Origin: Chiloscyllium plagiosum
Taxonomy: Eukaryota
Reading direction: 5' to 3'
DNA length: 64,000 bases
NCBI RefSeq assembly: GCF_004010195.1
Contig: NC_057720.1
Coordinates: 7,801,117-7,865,116 of the forward strand
A program made the translations under genes and the position numbers. The notes under the pieces are model-generated. The model worked only from the letters and a program-made list of their open reading frames with translations, was not told the origin of the DNA and did not search any database. Of this stretch, positions 24,713-38,004 are shown piece by piece (within the stretch, counting starts at the first letter, position 1; every line of letters begins with the position of its first letter).

Positions 24713-25924
24713 ATTCTATCTGTTGTCTAACTCAAGATAAATACTGTTCTAGAATAAACTCCTTGCTTTTCAAACACAAGACTTGGCCAATAAAGGAAAT
24801 AATCCCTTATGTTTTCTTACTCACTTTATGTGCTTGTCCTGCTACCTTCAGAGTTATGTGGCTGTGTACTCCAAGTTCCTGCCCTAGATATCTCAATATT
24901 CTATCATCTGTAGGTCAGTTGTTTGCTTTGTTTGTCCTCTACAGATGCTTTTGAAAGGCGGTCTGTTTGGTGTGGAGAGGATGTTTCCTCATACAGGGAA
25001 ACCTTGAATGAGAAGTCATAGGTTTAGACGAAGGGCTAACAGATTTAAACACAAAAGAGGAGAAATTATTTCTCCTGAATCTGTAGAATTCACTTGCCCA
25101 GACTGTGATGAAGTTTGGGACATTGAGTAAATTTAAGGAGGAGATAGGCTGATTTTAATTAGTAATGGGTTAATGGGTTTTGGAGAGTGGGCAGGAAAGT
25201 GGAGTTGAGGCCGACATGAGATCAGCCAGGATCGTATTGAATGGGGGAGCAGGCTCAAGGGGCTGAATAGTCTATTCCTGCTCCTAGTTGTTATGTTCAT
25301 TTCTTCAGATTGTATTGCATTTCCAATCATTCGACCCAAATGGCCAATCTATTGACAACTTCCTGCAGTCTTCAACTTCCTTATGATAAATTTCATGATT
25401 GATTCTTATATCATCTGCAAAGACCTTAATCATGAACCCATTTGGAAGCTGCAACAGAATTAAAAAACAGAACCTTTTTTGGGGTTGTTTCTAGTTAATT
25501 GATATCATGCTAATCCATGATAGCAAAGACATTCCAAATCATTATTTGCTCATCTCGGTTAGCGATACTGATAACACTTTGTTCATGGTTGGAATCAGCA
25601 AATGGAAACCAGTTCACTTCCAAATGTCTTTGATCACAGTTCCACTGAATGAGATGAGTGAAGTTGCTAACTTCTTTGCAGATGATTTTGTAACCTGACA
25701 AGAAAAATGAAGTTCTTAGTTTAATTTACAGTTTTTCAGGTTCACAAGGTTGAAAGAAAAAGGAACAATATTGTCAGGATTTAATACATTAACGTATTGA
25801 GGTGCTAAACCTCTGCTTCCCAAACATGTACTTGCTGAATTCCAGACTCAGATGAGGAGGGGGCACTGATATTTATTAATTTAAGGTGACAAGACACTTA
25901 ACATCATCTAGGACAAAACAGCCC

Positions 25925-26020
25925 TCCTGATGAAGGGCTTATGCCTGAAACATCGATTCTCTTGCTCCTCGGATGTTGCCTGAACTGCTGTGCTTTTCCA
26001 GCGGCACAATCTCCACTCAG
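25925..26020 (+). mobile_element. PLE tail family A
   Basis: CTGATGA at 25927-25933. Confidence 0.75.
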
Positions 26021-26419
26021 CACTCTTGATTAGCATCACATCCAGAAACATTTAAAGAGCTCTTGTGGTAAAGTAATAGGGTCCCAACCTCTGAGCTAAG
26101 AGATCAAGGTGCAAGTTCAGAGGTGTCATAACAACTGTGATTTAAAAATATCTCCACAAACATTCACTCGCCCCACCACCAACCCTCAGTGGCAGCAGTG
26201 TGCACCATTCACAAGATACACTGGAGAAATTGGCCAAGACTCCTGAGATAGGCATTTTTATCAAACCCCGGACCACTTGCATTCACAAGGACAATGGCAG
26301 CAGACGTTTGCACCATCTGCAAGTTCCCCTCCAAGCCACTCACTGTCTTGAGCTGGAAATATAATGCCATTCCTTCAGTGTGGCTATGTCAAAATCCTGG
26401 AACACCCAGTCCAATGGCG

Positions 26420-26575
26420 TTGGACAGATTGCACCTGAACTGGAAGGGGACTTGTATACTGGCAGGGAGATTTGCTCGAGCTGCTCAGGAGAATTTAAAC
26501 TAGCAAGGTTGGGTGGGGGGTTGTGGTGTGGGGGTGTGTGGGGCCCAGGGAAATAGTGAGGAAAGAGATCAATCA
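26420..26575 (+). mobile_element. CR1 ORF1 C-terminal (SGNH esterase-like) fragment
   Basis: DRLHLNWKGTCILAGRFARAAQENLN* resembles the DGLHLN block of CR1 ORF1 esterases. Confidence 0.6.
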
Positions 26576-27434
26576 ATTCCTGCCTCTAACTACCACTCCA
26601 ATCAATCCATGCAATTTGATAGGATTCACAACCAAACACACTTCCTGTAGATGTAATCATCAATAACATGTAAACTCTCCCTATTCTCCTACATCCAACA
26701 GGAAGAGCACATCTCTCTATTAAAGGCCATCTTTGCTCCTTCACAATCTATAGACCCAGAAATAGCACCATCTTATTGCTCTAAAAAAAAGCTCCAGGCT
26801 AACTTAATACTTGTGGTTTATATTTTTAAAATTTAATCAAGTGACAGATATAAAAAAAAACATATAATCCAGTGAGTAGATTGGATACTCACTATTAGAA
26901 GCTCACTATTATAGATTTACAGCAAGGCTACACCTAAAAACTATGAACTTATCTGTTCCTGTGCTGTAAGCTCTCCCACACAGGTTCCTCTAAGGTCAGC
27001 TGTGAATTTTGCTGTTTATTCATTTTTCCTAGATGCACTCCAATGTCCAGAGATACTTGAACTCAAACAGCAAAGGCAGTAACTGTGCAGATTCACTGCT
27101 GTGTCAGACAGCAGTATAGGTTTCTTTCTCTGACCATGTGGTCACTGTCTTTGTCTGTTTTCCTCCTTTTTTAAAGTGCCATTGTTTTGATCGTTTGTCC
27201 CCCAAAGTTCCAAAACAATACAACAGTACATACATAAAACAGTAATTGCTGCTTTTGGAATTTGGGGAAATGAGCTCCAACACCTAAAATACCTCAACAA
27301 AGGGGCAGCTCTTACAGTCACAATGTTTTTTCCTGGAACTCAGTGCTGATAGAGGCTGAAACCTTCATCACATTTAAGACATATTTAGATGTGCACTTGT
27401 GATGCCAAGACATATAATGCAATGGGCAAAGTGG

Positions 27435-27770
27435 TGAATGACAGGGGTCTTTTCCCTGAGGTGTGGGAGTTCAAAACTAGGGGACATATTATTAAGGTGA
27501 GAGGAGAAAGATTTTAAAAGGGCATGAGGGGCAACCTTTTTACATAGGGAGTAGTTCATGTGTGAAATAAACTGTCGGAGAAAGTGGTGGATTCGGGTAC
27601 AGTCAGAACATTTAAAAGACATTTGAATAAGCTCATGAACATGAAAAGTTCAGAGGGATATGGGCCAAATACAGGCAGGTGAAACTAGTTTAGTTTGGGA
27701 TCCTGGTTGGCATGGGACTGGTTGGACCGAAGGGTCTGTTTCTGTGCTGTATGACTCTATGACTGTATAA
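27435..27770 (+). mobile_element. CR1 3' end
   Basis: Conserved tail ending (ATGACTCT)n. Confidence 0.8.
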
Positions 27771-28468
27771 GTGCTGGAAACTGGCATTAGAATAGTGAGG
27801 TGGTTGTTTCCTGACTGGTGCGGACTCAATGTGTTGAAAGTCCTTTCTCGGTACTGCAGACCTCTGTGACTGTATGACCAGTACTTTGACACCCAAAGAA
27901 AAGTAAGAAAAAACACATATTTATATCACATATTTTGCAACCTACAAGTGGTTCACAGCTAATGAATTACTTTTACAGTATAGTCACTGATGGAGCACGG
28001 GAAATGCAACAACCAATTTGGATTCCACAAACATCCACAAACAGCAGTGTGATAATGCCAGGTAATCTGTTTCAGTGTTGTTGGTTGAGGGATAAATATT
28101 GTCCAGGACACTGGGGAGAACTGGCCTTTCACATCCATCAGAGTTTTACTTGCACTTCTATACATGTTATTTTCTGTATCAGTTGCTCCTGATGCTGTTT
28201 CCTCTACTTTGGGGAGACAGGACGTCCACTTGCAGAGCGCATCTGAGAACATCTCTGGGACACCCGCACCAACTAACCCCACTGTCCCATGGCCGAATGC
28301 TTTAACACCTCCTCCCATTCCGCCAAGGACATGTAGGGCCTCCTCCGTCGCCACACCCTAACCAGCCAAAGCCTGGAAAAATGCCTCATCTTCCGCCTTG
28401 GGACCATCCAACCCCATGGCATCAATGTGAACTTCACTAGTTTCCTCATTTCCCCTCCCCCCACCTTA

Positions 28469-28803
28469 GGGGCGGCACGGTGGCTCAGTGGTTAGCACTG
28501 CTGCCTCACAGCACCAGGGACCTGGGTTTGATTCTCCACCTCAGGCAACTGTGTGTGTGGAATTTGCACATTCTCCCCGTGTCTGTGTGGGTTTCCTCTG
28601 AGTGCTCCGGTTTTCTCCCACAGTCCAAAGATGTGCAGGTCAGGTGAATTGGCCATGCTAAATTGCCCATAGTATTAGGTGCATTAGTTAGGGGTAAATG
28701 TAGCATCAGGGAAGGAGTCTGGGTGGGGTACTCTTTGGAGGGTCGATATGGACTTGTTGGGCTGAAGCGCCTGTTTCCATACTGTAGGAAATCTAATCTA
28801 ATC
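28469..28803 (+). mobile_element. HE1-like SINE, partly tandem-duplicated
   Basis: Head at 28469; second partial copy at 28867-29134. Confidence 0.9.
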
Positions 28804-29203
28804 CCAATTCCAATCTTCCAATTCAGCATTGCCCTCATGACCTGTCCTACCTGTCCATCTTCCTTCCCACCTCAGGCAACTGTCTGTGTGGAGTTTGCAC
28901 ATTCTCCCTGTGTCTGTGTGGGTTTCCTCTGAGTGGTCCAGTTTTCTCCCACAGTCCAAAGATGTGCAGGTCAGGTGAATTGGCCATGCTAAATTGCCCA
29001 TAGTATTAGGTGCATTAGTTAGGGGTAAATGTAGCGTCAGGGAAGGAGTCTGGGTGGGGTACTCTTTGGAGAGTCGATATGGACTTGTTGGGCTGAAGGG
29101 CCTGTTTCCATACTGTAGGGAATCTAATCTAATCCCAATTCCAATCTTCCAATTCAGCATTGCCCTCATGACCTGTCCTACCTGTCCATCTTCCTTCCCA
29201 CCT
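28536..29203 (+). repeat. 331-bp tandem duplication with CCACCT microhomology
   Basis: CCACCT at 28536, 28867 and 29198; units nearly identical. Confidence 0.93.
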
Positions 29204-32029
29204 GTCCGCTCCACCCTCTTCTCCAACCTATCATCATTACCCGCACCTTCATCTACTTATCGCACTCTCAGCTACCTTCCCCCCAGTCCCTCCACCCGCC
29301 CCCACCCAACCTCCCATTTACCTCTCCACCCCTTCACAAGCCTCATTCCTGATGAAGGGCCCTTGCCCAAAACGTCGATTCTCCTGCTACTTGGATGCTG
29401 CTTGACCTGCTGTGCTTTTCCAGTATCACTCTCTCAACACTGGGGGGAGATATCCTATTCTTCATCAAAGTAATGATATGGCACCCAAACAGGCCAATAG
29501 TTAAATGACATTGCTGACAGTTTGCATTTCCAACAGTGCAGTGCCCCATTGGACTTTCAGCCATAACGTTTATACTCAAGGTCTAGGACATAACTAGATC
29601 ATAAGAGATACGAGCAGGAGCTCCTTTGCTATGCAATGGGATCATGGCTGATCGGACTGTAGTCTTAGCTCCACGTTCCAGCCTGGCCTCATACCCCTCC
29701 ACTCTTTAATTGATCAAGAATCTGTCAAACCCCTCATTGAAGACATTCAATTACCCGTGCTCCAAGCTCTCTGGAATAGTGAATTCCAAAGAATAGAGAC
29801 ATTCTGAGAGAAGAGACTCCTCCTTGTCTTTGTCTTAATCAGGGGAAGCCCTTATTTGCAACTGTATCCACTAGATCTTGAGTTTCCCCAAGAAAGGGAA
29901 CTGCCTCAGCATCAACCTCGTCAAACTGTCTCTGAATCTTACATCTTGCAATAACATAGTCTCTCATTGTTTGGAACAGCAGTGTGTACAGGCCCAATCT
30001 GCTCTGCCTTTTGTCACAAGACAATCCAGTCTTTGTGAGAATCAGTGAACAGTGAGCGTTTTTATGAAATATTTCCATTGCAAGTCCAACCCTCCTAAAG
30101 TAAAGAAACCAAATACAATCCTCCAGGTGGGGTGTCAATAATGTCCTGTACGACTGTAGCAAGGTGTAGGAATAGGAGGAAGCCATTTAGCCCTTCGAAC
30201 CTGTTCAAGCCATTCATGAGGTCATGGCTGATCTGTGGCCTAATGCCATACACTTGCCTTTGGCCCATATTTCTTTGCTAAACAAAAATGTATCTACCTC
30301 AAATTTAAAATTAAAAACTGATCCAACATCCACTGTCAGTTGTGGAAGAGAGTTCCAAACCTCTCCCACCCTTTGTGTGTAGAAGTGCTTTTTAACATCA
30401 TTCCAAATGGTCTGGCCCTAACTCTCAGACTATGCCGGCTGGTTCTAGAATCTCCAACCAGTGGAAATAGTTTATCCACCATGTGCTTTCCTGTTCATAT
30501 GTTTTGTTCAGATTACCCCTTAACCTTCAAAATTGTCAAGCAAAAAAGATTTGACTTGTATAATCCACAACTCCCCTACATTTGTACTCTACCCCCCTTT
30601 CAATAAAGACCAATACTCCATTTGCCATCCTAATTACTGTTTGCTAATATTTTGTTGTTCACATACAATGACATGCAGATGCCTCAGAATTCAGCGGTCC
30701 TGCTCCATCAAAATAAGAATCTGATTTTCTTCCCTTCTTGCAAAACTCAACAACCTCATGCTTTGCCACATTATTTTACGTCTGCCAATATTTCTGCCTG
30801 CTCACTTAACATATCATTATGATACCACAGTCACTGATATGTTATAAAATGTCTGAGCCTCAAGGCGCAGAGTTTAAAAAGACGTTTAGCCCAGGGAGGC
30901 TTGTATTCCCAGAATATACTGTTGTTACCGTGTCTTTATATTTAAATTTGTCCTTAACGCCTCATGTACTCTTTCCTCTTGAGTACTGTCATGTAACACT
31001 CAATGAAGGCCAGCACAGGTACTTGTAGCTCCCTCCAAACAAAAACCCACAAAGTGTACGTTAACTCTATTAGTCTGGACTGCATCAATTGCCAAATACA
31101 GTTTACTTAACCATAAAATTTCTCCAACTCCCAAAGAGAACACAACTGTTAGCAATGTTTGTTTTTTGCGTTGGCTTTCTGTCAACTACCCTAACAGCTA
31201 TTTATCTTTTTCTTCCTTTTTCTCCCCGTTTTGCTTTGTTCGATTTTGTCAAGTGTAGGTTTAATTTTACAATCTCACATCAAGGCCCAAATCTCCTGTG
31301 ATACTGTATTTTTCATTCACAAAGGAGATGTCCTCCAGTGAAACACAGATTAACCGTGATTATTTCCCTTGTGATATGTTTAAGTCAGAAGATTGCTTGT
31401 ATGACAACCCCCCAAACGACAGATAGATTGACTTCTTTCCCAACTTGTTTGAATTTCCCAGGCTGTAGTTATCTGATGGCGACAGCCATATCAATCCAAA
31501 CCTGCAACAGAAAGACTGGAGTTATACTGCAAACTGCGCCTCAAATTTTATCCAGCAGCAAAGGGTGATGCACACTCTTTACAAAATAACATTGGATGCC
31601 CTCCAGGATTAATCTGGAGTCTCAGGGAATTAAAGACAAGTATTTTTGGTATGGTTATGAATGAACACCTGGGGAGAAAATGTTCATGTGGGGCAGGAAA
31701 AGACTTTTTTGTTTACCATTGACTTCAAGCAATTTTGTGAAGTAGTAATAAAAATGATCAGGGATATGGAGGAAAGGTTGTTGGATTCGATAGTGGGATT
31801 TATATTTCTATATTCATGAATAGGCATTGTTGTCCAAAAGGCAGCTAAGAGTCAATCACACAGAGTCATAGAGTAATATAGCAGGGAAACAGACCTTCAG
31901 TCCAATTTGTCCATGTCAACCAGTAATCCAAAACTTTTTTGTGGGTTTGGCGTCACGTGCAGGTTGGGCCAATTAAGGATGAGAAGTTTCTTTCCCAAAA
32001 GAATGTTTTTTTTCAAAATCCAAAACAAT

Positions 32030-33260
32030 AGTTGATTGATTTATTATCACGTGCTCTGAGATACAGTGAAAAGTGTTGTTTTCTGAGCCATGCAGGCAGA
32101 TTGTACCATACAAGGTGTAGCAGAACAGAATGCAGGATACAGTGTTACAGCTGCAGAGAATGTGCAGGGAGAGGGATCAACATTAACATTTGAAAGCTCC
32201 ATTCAAAAGTCTGGTAACAGGGACAAAAGGCTGTTCTTCAATTTATTCATATGAGCATCCAAACTTTTGTATCTTCTGTCAGACGGAAGAGAGTGGAAGA
32301 GAGTATAATGGAGTGGGAGGAGTCTTTGATTATGAGAAAGTGAGGACTGCAGATGCTGGAGATCAGAGTCGATAAGGTGGTGTTGGAAAAGCACAACAGG
32401 TCAGGCTTCATCTGAGGAGCAGGAGAATCGATGTTTTGAGATGGGACTTTGATTATGTTGGTTGCTTTCCCGAGACAGTGGAAGTATAAATGAGTCAATA
32501 GATGGAAGGCTCATTCGCGTGATGCGCTGAGCAGTGTTCATGACTTTCTATAGCTTCTTGCAGTTTTGGGAGGATATGCTGCCATACAATGCTGTGATGC
32601 ATCCAGATAGGATCCTTTCTATGGTGCACCCATAAAAATTGGTAAAGTGCTCATGGATATGCTGAATTTCCTTAGCCTCCTGAGGAGGTCGAGACATTGT
32701 TGTGCTTTCTTGAACATCGTGAGTGGACCAGGACAGATTATTGGTGATCATCACTCCCAGGAATCTGAAACTCTCAACCATCTCCACCTCACCACCATTG
32801 ACACAGACAAGGGCATGCCCTCCACTCTGCTTCCTGAATTCAATGACCAGCTCCTTCATTTTGCCAGCATTAATGGAGAGATTGTTGTCTCTACAACATG
32901 CCACTAAGCGCTCACTCTCTTTCCTGAACTCTGCCTCGCTGTTGTTTGAGATCCACCATATAACGGTGGTGTCGCCAGCAAACTTGCAGATGGAGTTGAG
33001 GTGGAATTTAGCACAGAGTCGTGAGTGTATAAGGAATATGGTAGGGGGCTAAGTACACAGCCTTGTGAGGCACCGGTGTAGAGGATTATGGTGGAGGAAG
33101 TGATGTCACCTATTGTTACCGATTGTTGTCTGTAGGTCAGGGGTCGAGGATCCAGTTACAGAGGAGGAAGCTGAGACCTAGGCCTCAGAGTTTAGAGATG
33201 AGTTTTTTTTTAGAATTCTGGTGTTGAAGGCAGAACTGCAGTCAATAAGTAGGAGCCTCT
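32030..33260 (-). mobile_element. Rex1/Babar-like LINE ORF2 3' fragment
   Basis: KFAGDTTV...CRDNNLSINAGKMKELVIEFRK...VESFRFLGVMITNNLSWS. Confidence 0.8.
32335..32446 (-). mobile_element. PLE family A tail inserted in the Rex-like LINE
   Basis: CTTTGATTATG duplicated at 32324-32334 and 32447-32457. Confidence 0.8.
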
Positions 33261-34051
33261 AATGGGAGCCTGATTGCTATTAGGTTAGCTTTTCATTCCA
33301 GATTTTTATTAAATTCAATTTTCACCATCTGTTATGGTGGGATTTGAGCCAATGTCACCAGCATAATAAGCTGAATTGCTAGTTTAATGACATCACCACT
33401 ACCATGTCACCCTCTCTCCTAGGCTGTCAATGCATGCTTCAGAAACAGGGTCCAACAAGCAGTTCCCCTGCTCCCTGGGATTCTGTATTTGGGCTAGCAT
33501 TGGAAACAAAACACATGCTTGCTCATGGTGTTGGAAAGATGCTGCTGGATGTTTCTAACTTAGAGTCTTTTCTGGCTTGGAACACCAAGCAGTGTCACAA
33601 GAACAGAATGCAAAGACATTGTGGGGGGGAGGGATCTTGGGAAGCTCAACTTCTAATATATGACCTCTGCTGCACTGAGGCGTTTGAGTTCCTGCTTCCA
33701 TGCAGCTATGTCTCCCAGCGGCCACAAGGACAGGGCATTAGGAGATGGGGTGGTGGAGAAATGTTGTGAAGCGGTCCATTTCTGAAGGAACCATAATTCA
33801 ACCTGAAAAGAGAGAAGGAGTTTCTATGGAAAAGAAAATGGATAGAGTTACAAGGAAATTGGTGGAAATCTTTGCTCAAGCAGAGCAAGGAAATAATTTA
33901 CTGTGCGTTCTTCAAATTTTATCTCTTCTAATTCCAAGTGGTTGTGATTTAATTTTTCTTGATTTTATCAAGAAGTGAGGGCATGACTCAAAGGCTCTCA
34001 ACAAAAAACTCACTAGCTGACCCTGGGATGACCATGGGATGTTAATAGTAC

Positions 34052-34260
34052 TGTGGTGCTGGAAAGGCACAGCAGGCCAGGCAGCATCCGAGGAGTAGCA
34101 GAGTTGACGTTTCAGGCATAAGCCCTTCATCAGGGCTGATGAAGAGCTTATGCCCGAAAGGTCAACTCGCTCGCTCCTTGGATGCTCCTGATCTGCTGTG
34201 CTTTTTCAGCACCACACTTTTTGACTCTGACCTCCAGCATCTGCAGTCCTCAGTTTCTCC
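34052..34260. mobile_element. PLE family A head-to-head pair, cores 2 bp apart
   Basis: TCATCAG (34127-34133)-GG-CTGATGA (34136-34142). Confidence 0.85.
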
Positions 34261-34639
34261 CCTTAACATTACTGGGCCAAATCAGTGTCTGGGCTCCAAG
34301 TTTAGATGGAAAGCATCACAAAATCAGCTTTGAGCTTTCAAGGCCTCTTCTTGAGCTGTGGGCTGTATTTAGCAATCAGATGACAGAAATGTTGTTCAGA
34401 GGGTGGTTGGAATCTGAAACTCACTACCTGTAAGGGTGGGAGAGGCAGAAACCCTCAGACTATTTGAGAAGGCTTTTGATGTGCACTTGTGATGTCTAGG
34501 CATACAAGGTTGTGGGACAAATGCTGGAAAATGGGGTTAGAACTGAAAGGTGGTTGTTATTTTGCCCAGTGTGCATACAATGGGCTGAAGGGCTTTTTTT
34601 TTTAGTGCTGTAGGTATCTATAACTCTATAACTCATATT

Positions 34640-35208
34640 GGACATTGGTGAGGCTGCACTTGGAGTATAATGTTCCGTTTTCGTCAACTTGTTATAGAAA
34701 GGATTTTATTAAACTGGGAAGAGTGCAAACAAAATTTACAAGGATGTTGCCAGGACTCAAGAGTCTGGGTTATAGGGAGAGGTTGGACAAGCTAGGACTT
34801 TCTTTCTAGAGCACAGGAACTGATGGGGGGAATCTTATCGAGATGTATGAGAGGCACGGCTAGGGTGAATGCACTCAGTCTTTTTCCCAGGGTTGTGGAA
34901 TCAAGGACTAGACGGAATCAGTTAAAGGTTAAAGGGGAAAGAATAAATGGTATCCTGAGGGGCAACATTTTTACATAGAGGGTGGTACTCACATGAAATG
35001 GGCTGCCAATAGAAGTTGTTGAGGTACATACATTCGTAACATTTAAAAGGCATTTGGACAAATACATGGAGAGGAAAGGATTAGAAGGATATGGGCTAAT
35101 TGCAAGGAATGGGGTTAGCATGGACAAATATTTTGGTAGCCTAGAGCAGTATGGGCTGAAGGGCCTGTCTCCATGCTGTAGGACTCTTATGATTTTGTGA
35201 CTCTATAA
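34640..35208 (+). mobile_element. CR1 3' fragment
   Basis: LVRLHLEY..KFTRMLPGL-type remnants and tail. Confidence 0.8.
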
Positions 35209-35479
35209 CTGTCCATCTCTAAAGCTTTCGGATTAAGCTTGGACTAGAGGCTCGGTGCTGGTGAGGACTGGGCTGGATGGACTGTTATTGTGAACTTTTC
35301 ATTTCTCTTTTTTCTAATTTATTCTTATGATTTGTAATGCTGGACTTCTTACTTTTTAATTTTTCTGATGTTGTTTTCTCCTAAGAATTTGTACTTAAGA
35401 ATCAATACCCAGTTACCTTTGTACCTAAGATGGTGTCATGAGTGGCGACTTGTAAACTTTTCACTGTACTCATCATTTC

Positions 35480-35815
35480 ACAGAGTTCCTACAGAGTGGA
35501 ATCAGGCCATTCAGCCCATCAAGTCCATACAGACGTTCTGAAGAGCATCGCACCCAGACTCACCTCCTTGCACTATTCCTGTAACTCTGCATCTCCCCAC
35601 AGCTAACCCACCTAGCCGGCACATTCCTGGACACCATGGGCAATTTAGCATGGCCAATCCACCTAACCTGCACATATTTGAATTGTGGGAGGAAACACAC
35701 ACAGACAGAGGGAAAATGTGCAAACTCCATACAGACAGACACCCAAGGCTGGAATCAAACTGGGTCCCTGGTACTATGTGGCAGCAGTGCTAACCACTGA
35801 GCCACTGTGCCTGCC
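35480..35815 (-). mobile_element. HE1-like SINE
   Basis: Reverse complement of the consensus. Confidence 0.85.
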
Positions 35816-36307
35816 ATTAAACAGGTACATGAGTAAATGTAACAACAGAGCTCATTTAAATGAATTCAACATACTGATGTCCTCTGCTCGGTACCTTTCA
35901 GCTTGTATGAGGTTGGTTAATCAAAGCTGAGGTGCTAGGAATTGTTAGATATTGACCTAGGGATGCTATCTATGCAATGTTGTAGGTACAACACGCACTC
36001 AAAAAAACACAAATCAGATGGTGATGAGCATCTGGAACTCACTGCCTAAAAGGTTGGTTGAGTCAGAAACTCTTGTAACATTTAAAAAGTATTTAAATAT
36101 TCTCTTGTGTTGCCATAGCCGCCTGGGCTATGGGCCAAGTGATGGGAAATGGGAGTAGTGTTGTCAGAACTTTATTGACTGGTACAGACACGATGGGCCA
36201 AATGACCTCCTTCTGTGCTGTAAAAACCTAAGAGGAGACTGCCATGAGAGTGAAAACAAACCTAGATATAGAGTGGATAAAAAGAAAGATATGATTGCAT
36301 AATACAA

Positions 36308-36905
36308 CACCTTTATTCATTCGTGCATTGAGTACTGGAGTTGGGAGGTCATGTTGTGGCTGTACAAGACATTGGTTAGGCCACTTTTGAAATACTGATT
36401 TCAATTTGGTCTCCCAACTGTAAAAAGGATGTTGCGAAACTTGAAGGGATTCAGAAAGACTTACAAGCATGTTGCCAAGGTTGGAGGATCTGAGTGTAGA
36501 GAGAGGTTGAATAGTGTGGGGCTGCTTTCCCTGGAGCGTCGGAGGTTGAGGGGTGATCTAATAGAAGCTTATAAAATCATGAGCGGCATGGATAGGGTGA
36601 ATAGTCAAGGTCTTTTCCCCAGGGTAGAGGAGTCCAAAACTAGAAGGCCTAGGTTGAAGGTGAAAGGGATAAGATTTAAAAGAGACCTAAAGGGCAACCT
36701 TTTCACACAGAGGGTCGTGTGCGTATGGAATGAACTGCCAGAGGAAGCGATGGAAGCCAATACAATTACAATTGGATGGGTACATAAATAGGAAAGGTTT
36801 AGAGGGATGCTGGCAAATAAGACTAGATTAATTTCGGATATTTGGTCGGCATAGACGAGTTGGACTGAAGGGTCTGTTTTCTTGCTGCACATCTCTGTGA
36901 CTCCA
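36308..36905 (+). mobile_element. CR1 3' fragment
   Basis: [20 protein letters not shown]...WNELPEE. Confidence 0.9.
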
Positions 36906-36989
36906 TAATACTTTTCAAAACCAGATTTTTATTGGTTTCAAATTTCACCATGATGGGACTTGAACCCATATTCCATCAGCATTAGCCTG

Positions 36990-37325
36990 GGGACATAGTG
37001 GCTCAGTGGTTAGCACTACTGCCTCATAGCACCAGGCCATCGGGTCTGATTCCATCCTTGGGCGAATGTCTGTGTGGAGTTTGCACTTTCTCCCCGTGTC
37101 TGTTTGCTGGGTTTGCTTTCAAAGGAGGTGCAGGTTCAGGTGGACTGGCCATGTCACATTGTCCATTGTGTTCTAGGATGTGTGGGCTAGGTGGGTTAAC
37201 CATAGGAAATGAAGGATTATAGGGATTGGGTCGTGTTGGGTCTGCGTGGGATGGTGTTCAGATGCTCAATGTGGACTCAATGGGCCAAATGGCCTGCATC
37301 TACACTGTAGGGGTTCTATGATTCT
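36990..37325 (+). mobile_element. HE1-like SINE
   Basis: Head, core and tail present. Confidence 0.82.
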
Positions 37326-38004
37326 GAATGACCAGTCTACTCTGGTCTAACGCTGGCTCACACCTATTCAACCATCCCCCCATTTCACTGATCGAGGCAG
37401 ACTGATTACTGAAGTAAGCAGCTCATCTCTCTCCTCAGTTGAAATCACAGAAGAGCCATGTTTCAGAAAGAGGCCATTAAGCTCATTGAAGAGATAAGAG
37501 ATTTCTGCGGGACAAGGTTGTGGAAGTGATGTGCAAAAGAAGTAAGTGTGAAGTGAGTATAAACATTTTCACACAGTGAGTAGTGAGGGCGTGGAATACA
37601 CTGCCTGGAAATGTAGTGGAGGCATGTTCAATTGAGCCATTCAAGAGGGTTTTGGGGATTTGTGGAGAAAACAGCAGGTTGGCACGAAGAGTGATACTTG
37701 TTTCAAGAGATGAGTTGAATGACCTCTTTCTACACTCTGTGATATTTGTGAAATGATGTTTTGTGTAGCGAGAGGCTGAAAATGTTCAGATTAACAAACG
37801 AGTGTCTAGTAGTCTGATTTCGGTGGTTTACTTTCCGAAGATTATCATATCATTTTAATTCCTGTACAAAAGCAGACACTGCTGGAGAAACTCAGCAAGT
37901 CTGGCAGCATCTGTGGAGAGAGAGAGAGAGAGAAAGCAGAGTTTATGTTTCAAGTTCAGTGACTCTTCAGAGTCTTGCTTTCTCTCCGCAGATGCTGCCA
38001 GATC

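Larger units (their letters stand above)
28125..29440 (+). mobile_element. Penelope-like element fragment (GIY-YIG endonuclease, 3' UTR, hammerhead), interrupted by SINE
   Basis: FTCTSIHVIFCISCS*CCFLYFGETGRPLAERI*EHLW...LIFRLGTIQPHGINVNF; CTGATGA at 29349-29355. Confidence 0.85.
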
